NCBI GenBank assembly: GCA_029856145.1
Contig: JAHQWK010000001.1
Location: forward strand, 96,001 to 160,000
Length of the DNA stretch: 64,000 nucleotides
Direction: 5' to 3'
From: Promethearchaeia archaeon
GTDB lineage: Archaea > Asgardarchaeota > Lokiarchaeia > Sigyniarchaeales > SOKP01
The notes under the pieces were generated by a model. The model saw only the letters and a list, made by a program, of their open reading frames with translations, was not told the origin of the DNA and did not search any database. A program made the position numbers and the translations under genes. This document shows positions 1 to 10,272 of this stretch, piece by piece (the stretch's first letter is position 1; every line of letters begins with the position of its first letter).

Positions 1-25
1 TTAGTAAGTTGCTATTTAATTTAAA

Positions 26-496
26 TTACAGCATACCTATAGAATCAGACCTAAACAATTCCTTTACTTCTTTACTAAGATCTGCCTGATCGGCTTGTAA
101 ATATCTATTTAGTATCAAAGATATTTTTGGAGCATATTTCTTCATAGTGGCTCTAATAAATCCTATCTGAGCATTTTTATCAGCTACAATACATAAAACG
201 CCTTTACCGACTTTCATCGAAAAAATCATACCTTCAAGATATTCTGTAATTTGAAGGTCTATAGTCCCATAACCTAGAATATGGCCTTGTTCCTCTCCTG
301 CCACAAAGACTGCGCCCCCAATAGCACCAATCTTTTCTACAGAAATTCCATTCTGATCAGAAAATTTAAATTTAGCTTGACTTAGAATTGTTATCCCTGT
401 ATCATCAGTGATGAGAGCAAACTTTAATCCTGGCGTACTATTTATGATTAAAGTTAAAATCTTCTTTAATCTAAGCTCATCCTCGGAATAACTCAA
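26..496 (-). CDS. Roadblock/LC7 (MglB-like) domain protein
   Basis: ALITDDTGITI...EKIGAIGGAVF...VLCIVADKNAQIGFIR is a roadblock-fold pattern. Confidence 0.75.
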   Translation of the reverse strand: MSYSEDELRLKKILTLIINSTPGLKFALITDDTGITILSQAKFKFSDQNGISVEKIGAIGGAVFVAGEEQGHILGYGTIDLQITEYLEGMIFSMKVGKGVLCIVADKNAQIGFIRATMKKYAPKISLILNRYLQADQADLSKEVKELFRSDSIGML

Positions 497-704
497 ATAT
501 TTATCAGCCTATTAATTAATATCTCTTTTTATATCAGTTTCTTTAAGGTTCAAAAATATTTATTTAAACCAAACTTTATATTTTTACCTTATACTCTCTT
601 TAGTTAATGAAGATATTATAAATATAAAAATTTAAGTAAACCATTTGTTTTTCTACGGTACGCAATAAAAAATAATTATAAACTCTGTTCTGTAAACTTT
701 TTTC

Positions 705-1040
705 TTAGAAAAGCTCCTGTGATTTAATTAAACCTTTTAGAGGTTTTAATCGACTCTTATATTCTTTTGATTTTTCTAATAATACCAATAATTTGTAATT
801 TTTAGATTTGTCTAAATTTTTTTTGATTTGAATAAGATGAGAATCTTCTATAAAACCCCCTTTTTTGACAATCGCAGATAAGGCTAATGTATTTTCGAGT
901 ACCCATAATTTCTTTGATATTTTAGACGCTATCGGGAAACCATGACGATCAGTAATAATTCCCGCAACAAAGCTCGGGAAAGTTTTCTCTATCCTGTATA
1001 AAAAATAATTAACCTCACTTTCGTTTATTAGCTTATCCAT
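705..1040 (-). CDS. Roadblock-like hypothetical protein
   Basis: VAGIITDRHGFPIAS resembles a roadblock N-terminal motif. Confidence 0.5.
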   Translation of the reverse strand: MDKLINESEVNYFLYRIEKTFPSFVAGIITDRHGFPIASKISKKLWVLENTLALSAIVKKGGFIEDSHLIQIKKNLDKSKNYKLLVLLEKSKEYKSRLKPLKGLIKSQELF

Positions 1041-1216
1041 TCTTATTGCACCTAATCTATCAATATGATCTAATTGAAGTTAATATAACATTAAATGTTA
1101 TAATATGAAGATAATACTAATTTTAAATTAGAAGAAGGATAATATTTTAAAAATTGAGACATTACACCTGTAATATAAAGATAATATGGTTAAATATTAG
1201 GAATTTTGGGATTATA

Positions 1217-2194
1217 TTATTTATTGTTTCTCTTTAATGATATCCCCAAGTTCAAATTTTCTACGAGTTCACTGAAGCGATTTCGAACAGTAACTTCTGT
1301 TACGCAACTAACACGAGCAATTTTTCTTTGAGTTCTCCTTTCATTAGATAAAATACAAGAAGCATAAATGGCTGCTGCACAAACCCCAGTAGGCCCTCTA
1401 CCAGAGGTTAAACCCCTTTCTTCTGCCATTCTAATTATTATCTTTGCCGTTTTTTGGCATTTATTTGTCAACCCTAACTCTGAAATAAATCTTGTAAGAA
1501 AATCGATCGGTTTGGTAGGATTTAATTCCAAAGATAATTCATTTGATATAAATCTAAAAGATCTACCAATCTCTTTCTTATCAACTCGTGCAACTTCGGC
1601 TATCTCTTTTAATGTACGTGGAACCTTATACATTCTACAAGCAGCATATAAACTAGCAGCAGCTACTCCTTCTATACTTCTTCCACGAATTAAATGAGCA
1701 TGAACTGCATCTCGGTATATTTTAGCTGAGCATTCTCTCAAATTCTTTTGAAGATCAAGGTTAGAAGCCATACGATCAAGTTCGCTTAATGCAAATGTAA
1801 GGTTTCGTTCAGTTGCATCAGATACTCTAATACGACTCTGCCACTTTCTAAGTCTATATATTTGTCCTCTCAATTTAGCAGGTATCTCTTTCCCAAAAAT
1901 GTCTCTATTTTTCCAATCTATCATAGTACTAAGCCCTTTGTCATGTATCATATAAGTCATAGGAGCACCTGTCCTTGTTCTCTTCTTTTTTTGTTCAGCA
2001 TCAAAAGCTCTCCATTCTGGACCACTATCAATATGTTTTTCTGAATGAACTAAACCACATTCCTCACAAACTAATAACCCTCTATTCTCATCAAAAAAAA
2101 TGTTTTTTCCACATTCATTACAAATATCGATTTCTGTATTCGAGTCGTCATCTAATGCAGATTTCACATCTCTCCAACTTGAGATAAAATACAC
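1217..2194 (-). CDS. tfb: Transcription initiation factor IIB (TFB)
   Basis: Zn ribbon CxxC..Cxx[13 protein letters not shown]-reader, RGRS cyclin repeats, VTEVTVRNR. Confidence 0.97.
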   Translation of the reverse strand: MYFISSWRDVKSALDDDSNTEIDICNECGKNIFFDENRGLLVCEECGLVHSEKHIDSGPEWRAFDAEQKKKRTRTGAPMTYMIHDKGLSTMIDWKNRDIFGKEIPAKLRGQIYRLRKWQSRIRVSDATERNLTFALSELDRMASNLDLQKNLRECSAKIYRDAVHAHLIRGRSIEGVAAASLYAACRMYKVPRTLKEIAEVARVDKKEIGRSFRFISNELSLELNPTKPIDFLTRFISELGLTNKCQKTAKIIIRMAEERGLTSGRGPTGVCAAAIYASCILSNERRTQRKIARVSCVTEVTVRNRFSELVENLNLGISLKRNNK

Positions 2195-2247
2195 CTTTTT
2201 TTATAATAATCTTGATTTTTAAAAGAATCGTTAAAAATTGTTATAAA

Positions 2248-2502
2248 CTAACTTATTTTTGTAAAGATTTTATCATCGGGATTAAACGATTGATTAGGTA
2301 AGGCTTTAATTGAAATGAAAGGAGAATCTTCAGGACCAAATACGTCTTTAATGAATCCAATTTTCTCGTACTTTTCGTTATAGATAGAATTTTTAATAAT
2401 TTGTTCTAATTTATTATTCCATTGTTTCGCTCTAAAAATTTGATGATTTTTCGATGATTTTCCAACATAGAATAGACTCAATTTAACCCAGTTCTTTTTC
2501 AA
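2248..2502 (-). CDS. gar1: H/ACA RNP protein Gar1/Naf1
   Basis: KIGFIKDVFGPEDSPFISIK motif; usual position upstream of tfb. Confidence 0.8.
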   Translation of the reverse strand: MKKNWVKLSLFYVGKSSKNHQIFRAKQWNNKLEQIIKNSIYNEKYEKIGFIKDVFGPEDSPFISIKALPNQSFNPDDKIFTKIS

Positions 2503-2654
2503 GAGATCCCCTTAGCTGAGTGGATGAAATTAAATTTAAAATAAATGATGGTTGTTAATATTTAAATATAATGGTTTTTATTTCCCATCCTTACAAAAAT
2601 GGAAATCTGGTTTTTAACAAACTATAAATGATTTTGTTGTCGAATTAGTCATTT

Positions 2655-3755
2655 TCAAATATAATTTTTCTGTAGTTGATATTTTTTTTTACAGACACAC
2701 TCATATTCCTTCTGCTCCAGCTCATTTAAATTTTGTGAAAGCACAAAGTTCCTAAGTCTTTCTTTTGCAGAAATCTCACATTCTTTCTTTAAACAATTAT
2801 GAATTCCTCTTTTTGTTCCCGCCCCAGAAGGATCAGATAACAATCGTATGCTTTTTAAATCCTCCTGACTTACAGATTTTTTTATACATTTAAAAAGTGA
2901 ATAATACCAAGGTGGTCTATATCTATTCTGGAACCACAAATGTTCTGCTAAAGTTCCTTTTTGAATATTAGTAGGATTAATAGATATTGAATTCACCCCT
3001 AAATCTATTAATGTTTTTATAGAATACGAGCAATCATCAATCGCTGCTTGTTCATTTAGAAAAAGTGGTTTAAACAACAAATACACTTTCACACCTATAT
3101 CTAGTTCTTTACATTTATTTAAAGCACTTTTAAAATCTTTAAATAAAACTCCCTTGTTTATAAAATTATTTCGGATATAATCATCTACACTCTCAAGCCC
3201 AATAGCAATTTCAAGATATTTCTTATTAAAAATCTCTCTTATTTCTCTTAGCTTTTCTGATGTAATATATTCTAATCGTGATTCAATAACTACTTCTTTA
3301 ATTTTTTCAACCATTGAAATTTTTTCATAGATATAGTTTCGGGCTTCTTTAGGTATCTCATTTTCATCTAAAAAACTTCCAGAATTAAAGATTTTGAGAA
3401 TATAATTATAAGAATCTTGTTTAATTTCATTTATTTTATCATTAAATGCATAATCAAATTGACTTATAAGTTGGGAAGTCGAAACATTTTTAGTAGTAGC
3501 ATCCAGATAATATCCACACATGGAACATCCTCCATACTTACTTAATGCCCAACTACATCCTTTAGATCGTAAAATAATTGTGAATTCTTTTCCAATTTTA
3601 TCTCTAAGTCTCTCTTTTTTCGTCCAAAAACTAATTGGACGATTTAATTGCTCCTCTCTATAATTAACCTTTCGTTTTAGAGCATTTTGCTTAATAGAGT
3701 TAATCTTCTCAACAATATCATTATAATTTTCAAGAAAAAAATTTTTATCATTCAT
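2655..3755 (-). CDS. Archaeosine biosynthesis radical SAM protein (RaSEA-type)
   Basis: ILRSKGCSW...GGCSMCGY, KIFNSGSFLD, YRPPW, RGIHNC; overlaps arcS. Confidence 0.88.
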   Translation of the reverse strand: MNDKNFFLENYNDIVEKINSIKQNALKRKVNYREEQLNRPISFWTKKERLRDKIGKEFTIILRSKGCSWALSKYGGCSMCGYYLDATTKNVSTSQLISQFDYAFNDKINEIKQDSYNYILKIFNSGSFLDENEIPKEARNYIYEKISMVEKIKEVVIESRLEYITSEKLREIREIFNKKYLEIAIGLESVDDYIRNNFINKGVLFKDFKSALNKCKELDIGVKVYLLFKPLFLNEQAAIDDCSYSIKTLIDLGVNSISINPTNIQKGTLAEHLWFQNRYRPPWYYSLFKCIKKSVSQEDLKSIRLLSDPSGAGTKRGIHNCLKKECEISAKERLRNFVLSQNLNELEQKEYECVCKKKYQLQKNYI

Positions 3756-5823
3756 TGATTTTTACAATTCTCCCACTTTTAGAATTTTTTAAAAAATTAG
3801 ATCCAACAATTAACTCTCCGCATCCTATAACCTTTTTCTTTCCTTTCTCTAATATTACTACTTGATTACTAGGGATAAGATCTAGGCTATAATCTAAAAT
3901 TCCAGTTCTAAATAATGTATTTCCTTGTATTTCTTCTCCATCAAAAACAATATAATTTGTATTTATAGAGTGATGAGAATGAACTAGCCTTTCAAGTCCT
4001 AGAATGGTTAGTTCAATTTGACCTGTTGATTTTTTAAACACACCTAGTTTTTCTTGAGTTTTTAGGTCCATTAAATCAATCTGATTGGTTGATCTGCTTC
4101 GAATTGGTTTTAGACCATTAGAAATAATATTAATACCTACACCTTGACCAAATTGATAATCTAAAATTTTGATAAATTTCCTGGTCCAAGTTTTTGAGTA
4201 ATTTTCATATTTTAAACTACTTTTTTTAGGCTTGTATTCGTTCTGATATTCAATAATTAATTTCTCTAAAGATTGGAGGGAATCATTAGAAGTTATCTTA
4301 TCAGAAATTTCAGAGAAAATGAAATTATGAGATAATTTCGAAGCAGCTCTCTTTATAATTTCGAGATATTCATTTTTTAAATGACAAATGATAGGGATAT
4401 TTGGATCATATTTTTCGATTATTTTAACAAGCATTTCTGATGTGATAATTATTTCTTCATTATCCCATTCACCAGTAACGGAAATATCGTAAGAATTAAC
4501 AGGATAAATATTTTCTAATTGTCTAGGAATGCATCCCAAAGGTGAGGTTAAAATTATTTCTTGGAAAGTAGGAAATTTTGGAAACTTTCTAATAATACTA
4601 TAAAATTTTTTATGAGATTTCGATTCTGAATAGGGTTTCTTAGCTGAACATGGGAGTAAAATTATTAATGTTGTCCATGGTTCAGGTTCGAAATTATTAA
4701 TTGTTCTTTCCCTAAACTGTTGAAAATCTGGTCTATTATATGATGACGGTCCAAGACACCTTATTATTTTACTTTTTTGTTTTATTGGGGTTTCATATTT
4801 AATAATATCATAATATTCTTTATCCAAAATCTTTAACATCGAAATTAGGTTAGTATCATCAAAAGAAGACTTTTCCACAAATACTCTAAAATCTTCATAA
4901 TTCAAATATTGCTTGATTTTTTTCATATAATTATTTGCTGTGATTAAATTATGTAAGCTCAATAAATCAATCTTTTCAGCAGAGTATTTATTGTCTAATA
5001 TTTCATTTAAATTACCTTTACATGCCAAGCAAGAACAAGGTAAATATTTTATTTTATATATCGGTAGTAGATATTCTATCGTATCATAGAAATTTTCAGC
5101 AGATAAGAACAATGAGTAGGAAGAATCAATCAAATCTATTCCTAGGTAAATTAATAATGGATAATATTTCGGGATTATTCTTCCAGAAGCCATTATAATT
5201 AAATTATTATCCAATTCTGTTTTTATTTTAACGATACTTTTTAAAATATTCCTGAAATTACTAAGGTTGTCAAAAAGCCCAACTAGGTTTATAATTTTTA
5301 TATTTTCAAATTGCATAAAAATGGGTATATAGAGCTCTAATAACTCAGCATATTCAAAGATTTTTATAGATATGCCAAAATTTAAATCTGGATGTTTTTC
5401 TAAAATTTTTTGAACGATAAAAAGATAATGTTTTATTTCTTTTAATGCAAATTCCTTACTTATACTGGTTGTTGGAATATTAAATGGAATAAGTGATATT
5501 ATATTATCTTTAGATAATACATTACTATTTTTTATTAATACTTCTTCAAATCTTTGTAAAGTACCTGGATAAGTAAAAATAAATCCATTATTTTTAAATT
5601 TCTCTCGTATAAATCCAACTTTCAAGAAAAATTCTTTAGAAATTGTAAATAAATCATGATTTTCAAATTCTTGAACAAAACTAAATTGTTTCATTAAGGA
5701 ACTTTTTATCGGGATGATTATATTAGGAGTTTTGATATACAATTTCCGTTCCTTAGAAAAGATAATACGCCCTATTCTTGAATAGCCAATCTGACTGGAT
5801 AAAATTTCAAAGAAATGTTTCAT
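3748..5823 (-). CDS. arcS: Archaeosine synthase ArcS (TGT-like domain plus PUA)
   Basis: CSCLAC..HN Zn site, LLPCSAKKPYSESKSH, ILTSPLG.IPRQLE.YP..YDISVTGEW, C-terminal PUA. Confidence 0.88.
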   Translation of the reverse strand: MKHFFEILSSQIGYSRIGRIIFSKERKLYIKTPNIIIPIKSSLMKQFSFVQEFENHDLFTISKEFFLKVGFIREKFKNNGFIFTYPGTLQRFEEVLIKNSNVLSKDNIISLIPFNIPTTSISKEFALKEIKHYLFIVQKILEKHPDLNFGISIKIFEYAELLELYIPIFMQFENIKIINLVGLFDNLSNFRNILKSIVKIKTELDNNLIIMASGRIIPKYYPLLIYLGIDLIDSSYSLFLSAENFYDTIEYLLPIYKIKYLPCSCLACKGNLNEILDNKYSAEKIDLLSLHNLITANNYMKKIKQYLNYEDFRVFVEKSSFDDTNLISMLKILDKEYYDIIKYETPIKQKSKIIRCLGPSSYNRPDFQQFRERTINNFEPEPWTTLIILLPCSAKKPYSESKSHKKFYSIIRKFPKFPTFQEIILTSPLGCIPRQLENIYPVNSYDISVTGEWDNEEIIITSEMLVKIIEKYDPNIPIICHLKNEYLEIIKRAASKLSHNFIFSEISDKITSNDSLQSLEKLIIEYQNEYKPKKSSLKYENYSKTWTRKFIKILDYQFGQGVGINIISNGLKPIRSRSTNQIDLMDLKTQEKLGVFKKSTGQIELTILGLERLVHSHHSINTNYIVFDGEEIQGNTLFRTGILDYSLDLIPSNQVVILEKGKKKVIGCGELIVGSNFLKNSKSGRIVKINE

Positions 5824-5978
5824 AGTTTATATTTAGAGGTATTATTTTCATGTATAAATTTTTACTCTTAAATTATGAAATCTCTCAAAGTTATTAAGAA
5901 TTTAGTCATTTAAAGAAAAATTCATACTTAATAACTAAAGTGACTTGTAAAGATTGTAGTTGTTATAATACACTTGAA

Positions 5979-7283
5979 CTAAAAAATTGAGAAATTAACA
6001 TATGGCTTTAACTCATCTAAAACAAAATTTGTATATGTATCTTCTATTTCCTCTGAAATATATAGATTTTTTATAAAAGTTGCATAATCTTCAATTTCCT
6101 TTACTCTTACGATTGCAAATAGTCCATATTGTTCGCCTATTCGAAATAAATCTGTAATATTTTTATTTCTATCCAATCTAAGGGCAAGTTCATTATATTT
6201 TGAAGGATCCTTTGGTTTAATACGAACAAGATATTTTCCTTTAAAACCTATTTCTTTTGGATGAAAGTTTACTGTATAATTTAAGATAATACCTCGTTGT
6301 TCGAGTTTTTTAATTCTGTTATGAATAGTTGATTGGGATATTTCCATTTTAAGTTGTTCTTTAAATAAGTTTCTTATTTCATAAGTGGATATTGGTTTAA
6401 GTCCTTGACCATCACGTAATATATTTAGAATAATATAATCAATATTGTCTAATTCAAAATCGGGCTCAATATCTTTCTTATCTAATTTTATTCCCGTTTT
6501 CCTTATATTTTTAACAATTTTATCAATTACTAAATCCACTTTTGTTGCACTCTTTAAACCAGTCACAATTATTTTACCACTTGAGAAAATTAAAATTTTT
6601 ACTTGTAAATTTTCAATTTTCATAACTAGACCCGGAAATTTATCCGGACTATATTCAATATCTGCGCTTTTTGCAGCAATTTGATTTAAGTCAATTTTTT
6701 CTGGAATTTCTATAACTACATTCTCACTTTCATAAACCTTCTTTTCTTTTAATACATCAGTTAATTGAGCCACAAGTTCTTCTTCAATAGACATTTTTGA
6801 CTTTCTAAGGCTAATTCCATTTGTTTTAAACACTTTAATAGTTTCAATAATTTGATATTTTTTAAAATATGATTTTGCCATTATTTTATCAATATTATTT
6901 AATATCTGATAATATTCTTCAGGGGATTTAAAGATAAATAAGGCGAATAAAGAAAAATCTCCAATAATACCATCTAACATTCTTAGTTGGGGGATTTCTA
7001 ATAATTCATTTACTAACTCAGGCTCTTTTGGATTGGTTTTAATTTCAAGCATTACATATTTCAAGGTATTGGGACGAATATTTGGATCAATATTTATTGT
7101 AAAATTTGTAATTATTTTTTGATCTCTCAAATCATCAAGTTTGTTTTGATATGTTTGCCTAGAGAGCCCAATCACACGTGAATTTTTTGATATAATAAAT
7201 TTAGTTTTTCCACTTAAGTTTTTTATAAAGTTTTGGGCTTCTACCCTATCTATCACATTATTCAAATTATGACAATTTTGCAA
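5979..7283 (-). CDS. Tandem Lrp/AsnC regulator with an inserted single TBP-repeat domain
   Basis: Two HTH+RAM modules (GLSRQTYQNKLDDL..IITNFTINID; LDNIDYIILNIL..ISQSTIHNRIKKLEQRGII) flank YSPDKFPGLVMK..ILIFSSGKIIVTGLKS. Confidence 0.85.
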   Translation of the reverse strand: MQNCHNLNNVIDRVEAQNFIKNLSGKTKFIISKNSRVIGLSRQTYQNKLDDLRDQKIITNFTINIDPNIRPNTLKYVMLEIKTNPKEPELVNELLEIPQLRMLDGIIGDFSLFALFIFKSPEEYYQILNNIDKIMAKSYFKKYQIIETIKVFKTNGISLRKSKMSIEEELVAQLTDVLKEKKVYESENVVIEIPEKIDLNQIAAKSADIEYSPDKFPGLVMKIENLQVKILIFSSGKIIVTGLKSATKVDLVIDKIVKNIRKTGIKLDKKDIEPDFELDNIDYIILNILRDGQGLKPISTYEIRNLFKEQLKMEISQSTIHNRIKKLEQRGIILNYTVNFHPKEIGFKGKYLVRIKPKDPSKYNELALRLDRNKNITDLFRIGEQYGLFAIVRVKEIEDYATFIKNLYISEEIEDTYTNFVLDELKPYVNFSIF

Positions 7284-7397
7284 TTTTTTTGATTATTATT
7301 AATTAAATGTTAAATTTTTCTTATAAATCATTGCATTCGACCAAAAAAACATTTAAAAATTAATTAAAACTAGAGATCTTAAAAATTATAAATTGAA

Positions 7398-8678
7398 TTG
7401 AAGAAAAAAATGACAAATTATAAAATTGCTGATGAGAGCTTAGCAAATCAAGGGAAAGAGGCATTATATATTGCAGAAAATAAAATGCCTGTTACAGCAA
7501 GAATTATTCGGGAACGGTTTTCTAAAGAAAAACCTTTAGAAGGTATAACTATCGCCGGTTGTTTACATATAACAAAAGAAACGGGTAATCTTGCTCGAAC
7601 TTTAAAAGCGGGGGGAGCAGAAGTATATCTCTGTGGGAGTAATCCATTATCGACTCAAGATGATGCAGCGGCAGCATTAGTACAAGAAGGGATTAATGTT
7701 TTTGCTTGGCATGGTAATACCGACGAAGAATTCTATTGGTGTATTAGGCAGTGCTTAGATGCTAAACCAAATATCCTTATTGATGATGGCGCTGATATGA
7801 TTGTAACTGCACATCAGGAATATGAAGACCTAATAAAATCAGGTACTATTATCGCATGTCAAGAGGAAACTACAACAGGTGTTAAAAGATTTAAAGCAAT
7901 GGAGAAAAGAGGACTTTTGAAAGTACCTCTATTCCCTGTTAATGATGCCCGATGTAAAAATCAATTTGATAATGAATTAGGCACGGGTCAGGGTATAGTA
8001 TCTGCAATATATGGGATGCATGTTCTTTTTGCAGGCAAAAATGTAGTCATCGCGGGATATGGTCATTGCAGTTCAGGCATGGCACTCAGAGCACGAGGAT
8101 TAGGCGCGAACGTAACTGTAACAGAAGTTGACTCCATAAAAGCATTGCAAGCAATATTTGCTGGATATACTGTCAAGCCTATTGAAGATACTTTACCTAA
8201 TGCGGATATTATTTTAACAGCTACTGGTTGCAAGCATGTCATTGCTCCTAAAAAAGAGTTATTTGATAGTTTAAAAAATGGAGTTATCCTTGGAAATCTT
8301 GGACACTTTGATATAGAGATTCCTACTAAAGAACTATATGAATATGCAAAAGAAATAAAACCTATTCGACAAAATGTAGAAGAATTAATTTTTCCTAATG
8401 GTAAGAAAGTTTATCTATTAGCTAAAGGAAGATTAGCAAATTTAGTCTTATCAGAGGGGCACCCAAGTGAAGTAATGGATATGTCGTTTGCTTTACAATC
8501 ATTAATGTCAGAATATATAGTTAAAAATAAGGACTCCCTAAACCCAGGTATGGTTGATGTACCTATGGATATCGATGATAAGGTTGGTTTTCTCAAATTA
8601 CAATCAATGGGCGTTAAAATAGATAAATTATCTGAAGAACAATATAATTATATCCATGGATTTCTCGAAGGCACTTAA
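7398..8678 (+). CDS. ahcY: Adenosylhomocysteinase
   Basis: GCLHITKET, SNPLSTQD, DDGAD, EETTTG, GHPSEVMDMSFA; true start may be ATG at 7410. Confidence 0.97.
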   Translation: MKKKMTNYKIADESLANQGKEALYIAENKMPVTARIIRERFSKEKPLEGITIAGCLHITKETGNLARTLKAGGAEVYLCGSNPLSTQDDAAAALVQEGINVFAWHGNTDEEFYWCIRQCLDAKPNILIDDGADMIVTAHQEYEDLIKSGTIIACQEETTTGVKRFKAMEKRGLLKVPLFPVNDARCKNQFDNELGTGQGIVSAIYGMHVLFAGKNVVIAGYGHCSSGMALRARGLGANVTVTEVDSIKALQAIFAGYTVKPIEDTLPNADIILTATGCKHVIAPKKELFDSLKNGVILGNLGHFDIEIPTKELYEYAKEIKPIRQNVEELIFPNGKKVYLLAKGRLANLVLSEGHPSEVMDMSFALQSLMSEYIVKNKDSLNPGMVDVPMDIDDKVGFLKLQSMGVKIDKLSEEQYNYIHGFLEGT

Positions 8679-8717
8679 TTCATATAAAATATTTATTTTT
8701 TAGCTAATTTTTTTTAT

Positions 8718-9743
8718 CTAAGTTTTAGGATTTAAAATTTCATCTGCATAGACATTTTCTCCATAAACTTCGAAAGCAAGAGTTCTCAAACCATCTAATC
8801 CGATAGGTTCTTCTTTAAGTTTACTTGATTGCCAAATTTTTAACTTTTTAAATTCTTTTTTGATTTCTGTAGCATAATTAAGTTGAAGTGATCTAATTTT
8901 ATGGCAAAAATCACATTTCTTTGGTTCAGGTATAATCATATTTATATGAACTCCCTCTAATTTAATATATCGTTTTGTTAAATCTCTAGCTCTTTTAATT
9001 TCTTCAAAGCTTGGTTTTTCAGCTATAGTTACCAATCTAAGTGAACCAATATCGTGAATTAGATCTGAAATTCGTTCTCCGCGCTTTTCTAACTCAACAA
9101 TCATATTAAAAATTTCCCTTCCTAACTCTCGTCTTTCTTCATAATTATCAAATGGTTTGATTAAATTTCTCCACACTTTTGAAACGTTTCGAATCGCACC
9201 CTTAATAGAATTATAAAAATTTAATGAATATTTTAGTACTACTTTTACTTGGTCTTCGGGAATCTCAAAAAGAGTAATCATATTTGCCGTGGGGGGGAAA
9301 TCTGCAATTATAATATCATATTGAGTATCTTGAGTATTAATGTCTTCTGCATCTAAAATTTTTTGAAAAAACATGGCATTTTTTAACGCAAGCGGAATTG
9401 AATCAGCTGTAAATGTTGTGTCTATAAACTTCTCGATTTGAGGAATCCTTCCTACAAGAGGCATTTGCTTTGTAAGGGTTTTCATTTTCTCTATCAAATC
9501 TTTAGTGTATTCCTTAGCATAAATATTAGCATCAGGTTCAATACCCCATAAATTTTTCGTTAGGGGGGTTACTTTGTTTCCAATCTCCAATTTGAATAAG
9601 TCACTAAGGTTATGAGCCATATCAAAAGAAATCAGAAGAAAATTTTTATTAGGAAGTAAGTCTGAGAGTAAAATTGCTGTTGCAGCACTAATTGAACTCT
9701 TTCCTACACCACCTTTCCCACCAAGAACGATAATTTTTTCCAT
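8718..9743 (-). CDS. ArsA/Get3 family ATPase
   Basis: GGKGGVGKSS P-loop, DMAHNLSD, C-terminal CxxC, EPIGLDGL. Confidence 0.88.
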   Translation of the reverse strand: MEKIIVLGGKGGVGKSSISAATAILLSDLLPNKNFLLISFDMAHNLSDLFKLEIGNKVTPLTKNLWGIEPDANIYAKEYTKDLIEKMKTLTKQMPLVGRIPQIEKFIDTTFTADSIPLALKNAMFFQKILDAEDINTQDTQYDIIIADFPPTANMITLFEIPEDQVKVVLKYSLNFYNSIKGAIRNVSKVWRNLIKPFDNYEERRELGREIFNMIVELEKRGERISDLIHDIGSLRLVTIAEKPSFEEIKRARDLTKRYIKLEGVHINMIIPEPKKCDFCHKIRSLQLNYATEIKKEFKKLKIWQSSKLKEEPIGLDGLRTLAFEVYGENVYADEILNPKT

Positions 9744-10272
9744 GATTAATTGTAGATTTAAAACGTCTAATTTATAATATCAAAAATAAAAATTACATAA
9801 AAAACTAACCAAATAAATTAGAATATAAATGTTATTCATTTAGCAAAAAATAAATTGATTGTTTAATTTTATAAGGATATAATACAAATTATTTTCAATA
9901 ATATTTATTAAAGTATCAATTTAATTAACCAATCATATTAATATATTTAAAATATTAGATTTACATGTAAAAACATCAAAAATTTTCACAGATTAATAAA
10001 ATTAATTAAAATAATAGCAAAAAAATTATCAAAATTATAATCAGTTCAGTATATCAAAATTATTGTTCAGGCTTACAATTAAATATAAGAAGTAGGTTCA
10101 ACAATTCAAGCTTAATAAAAATTCATAGCATTTTATCAATAAGTTAAATGTATAAGAATTCAATTAGAAATACTTAACTTCACATATTTCTAATTTATGT
10201 AGCTAGATACTACTTCTATTGTATAGTTCTTCCTTTAGATTTTGATTTATTGAGCAAAAAATAGAAAAGGAA

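Noticed and set aside
9744-10272. 529-bp very AT-rich gap as a possible replication origin
   Set aside because: No ORB-like G-string repeats and no adjacent cdc6/orc1; explained as a divergent promoter region
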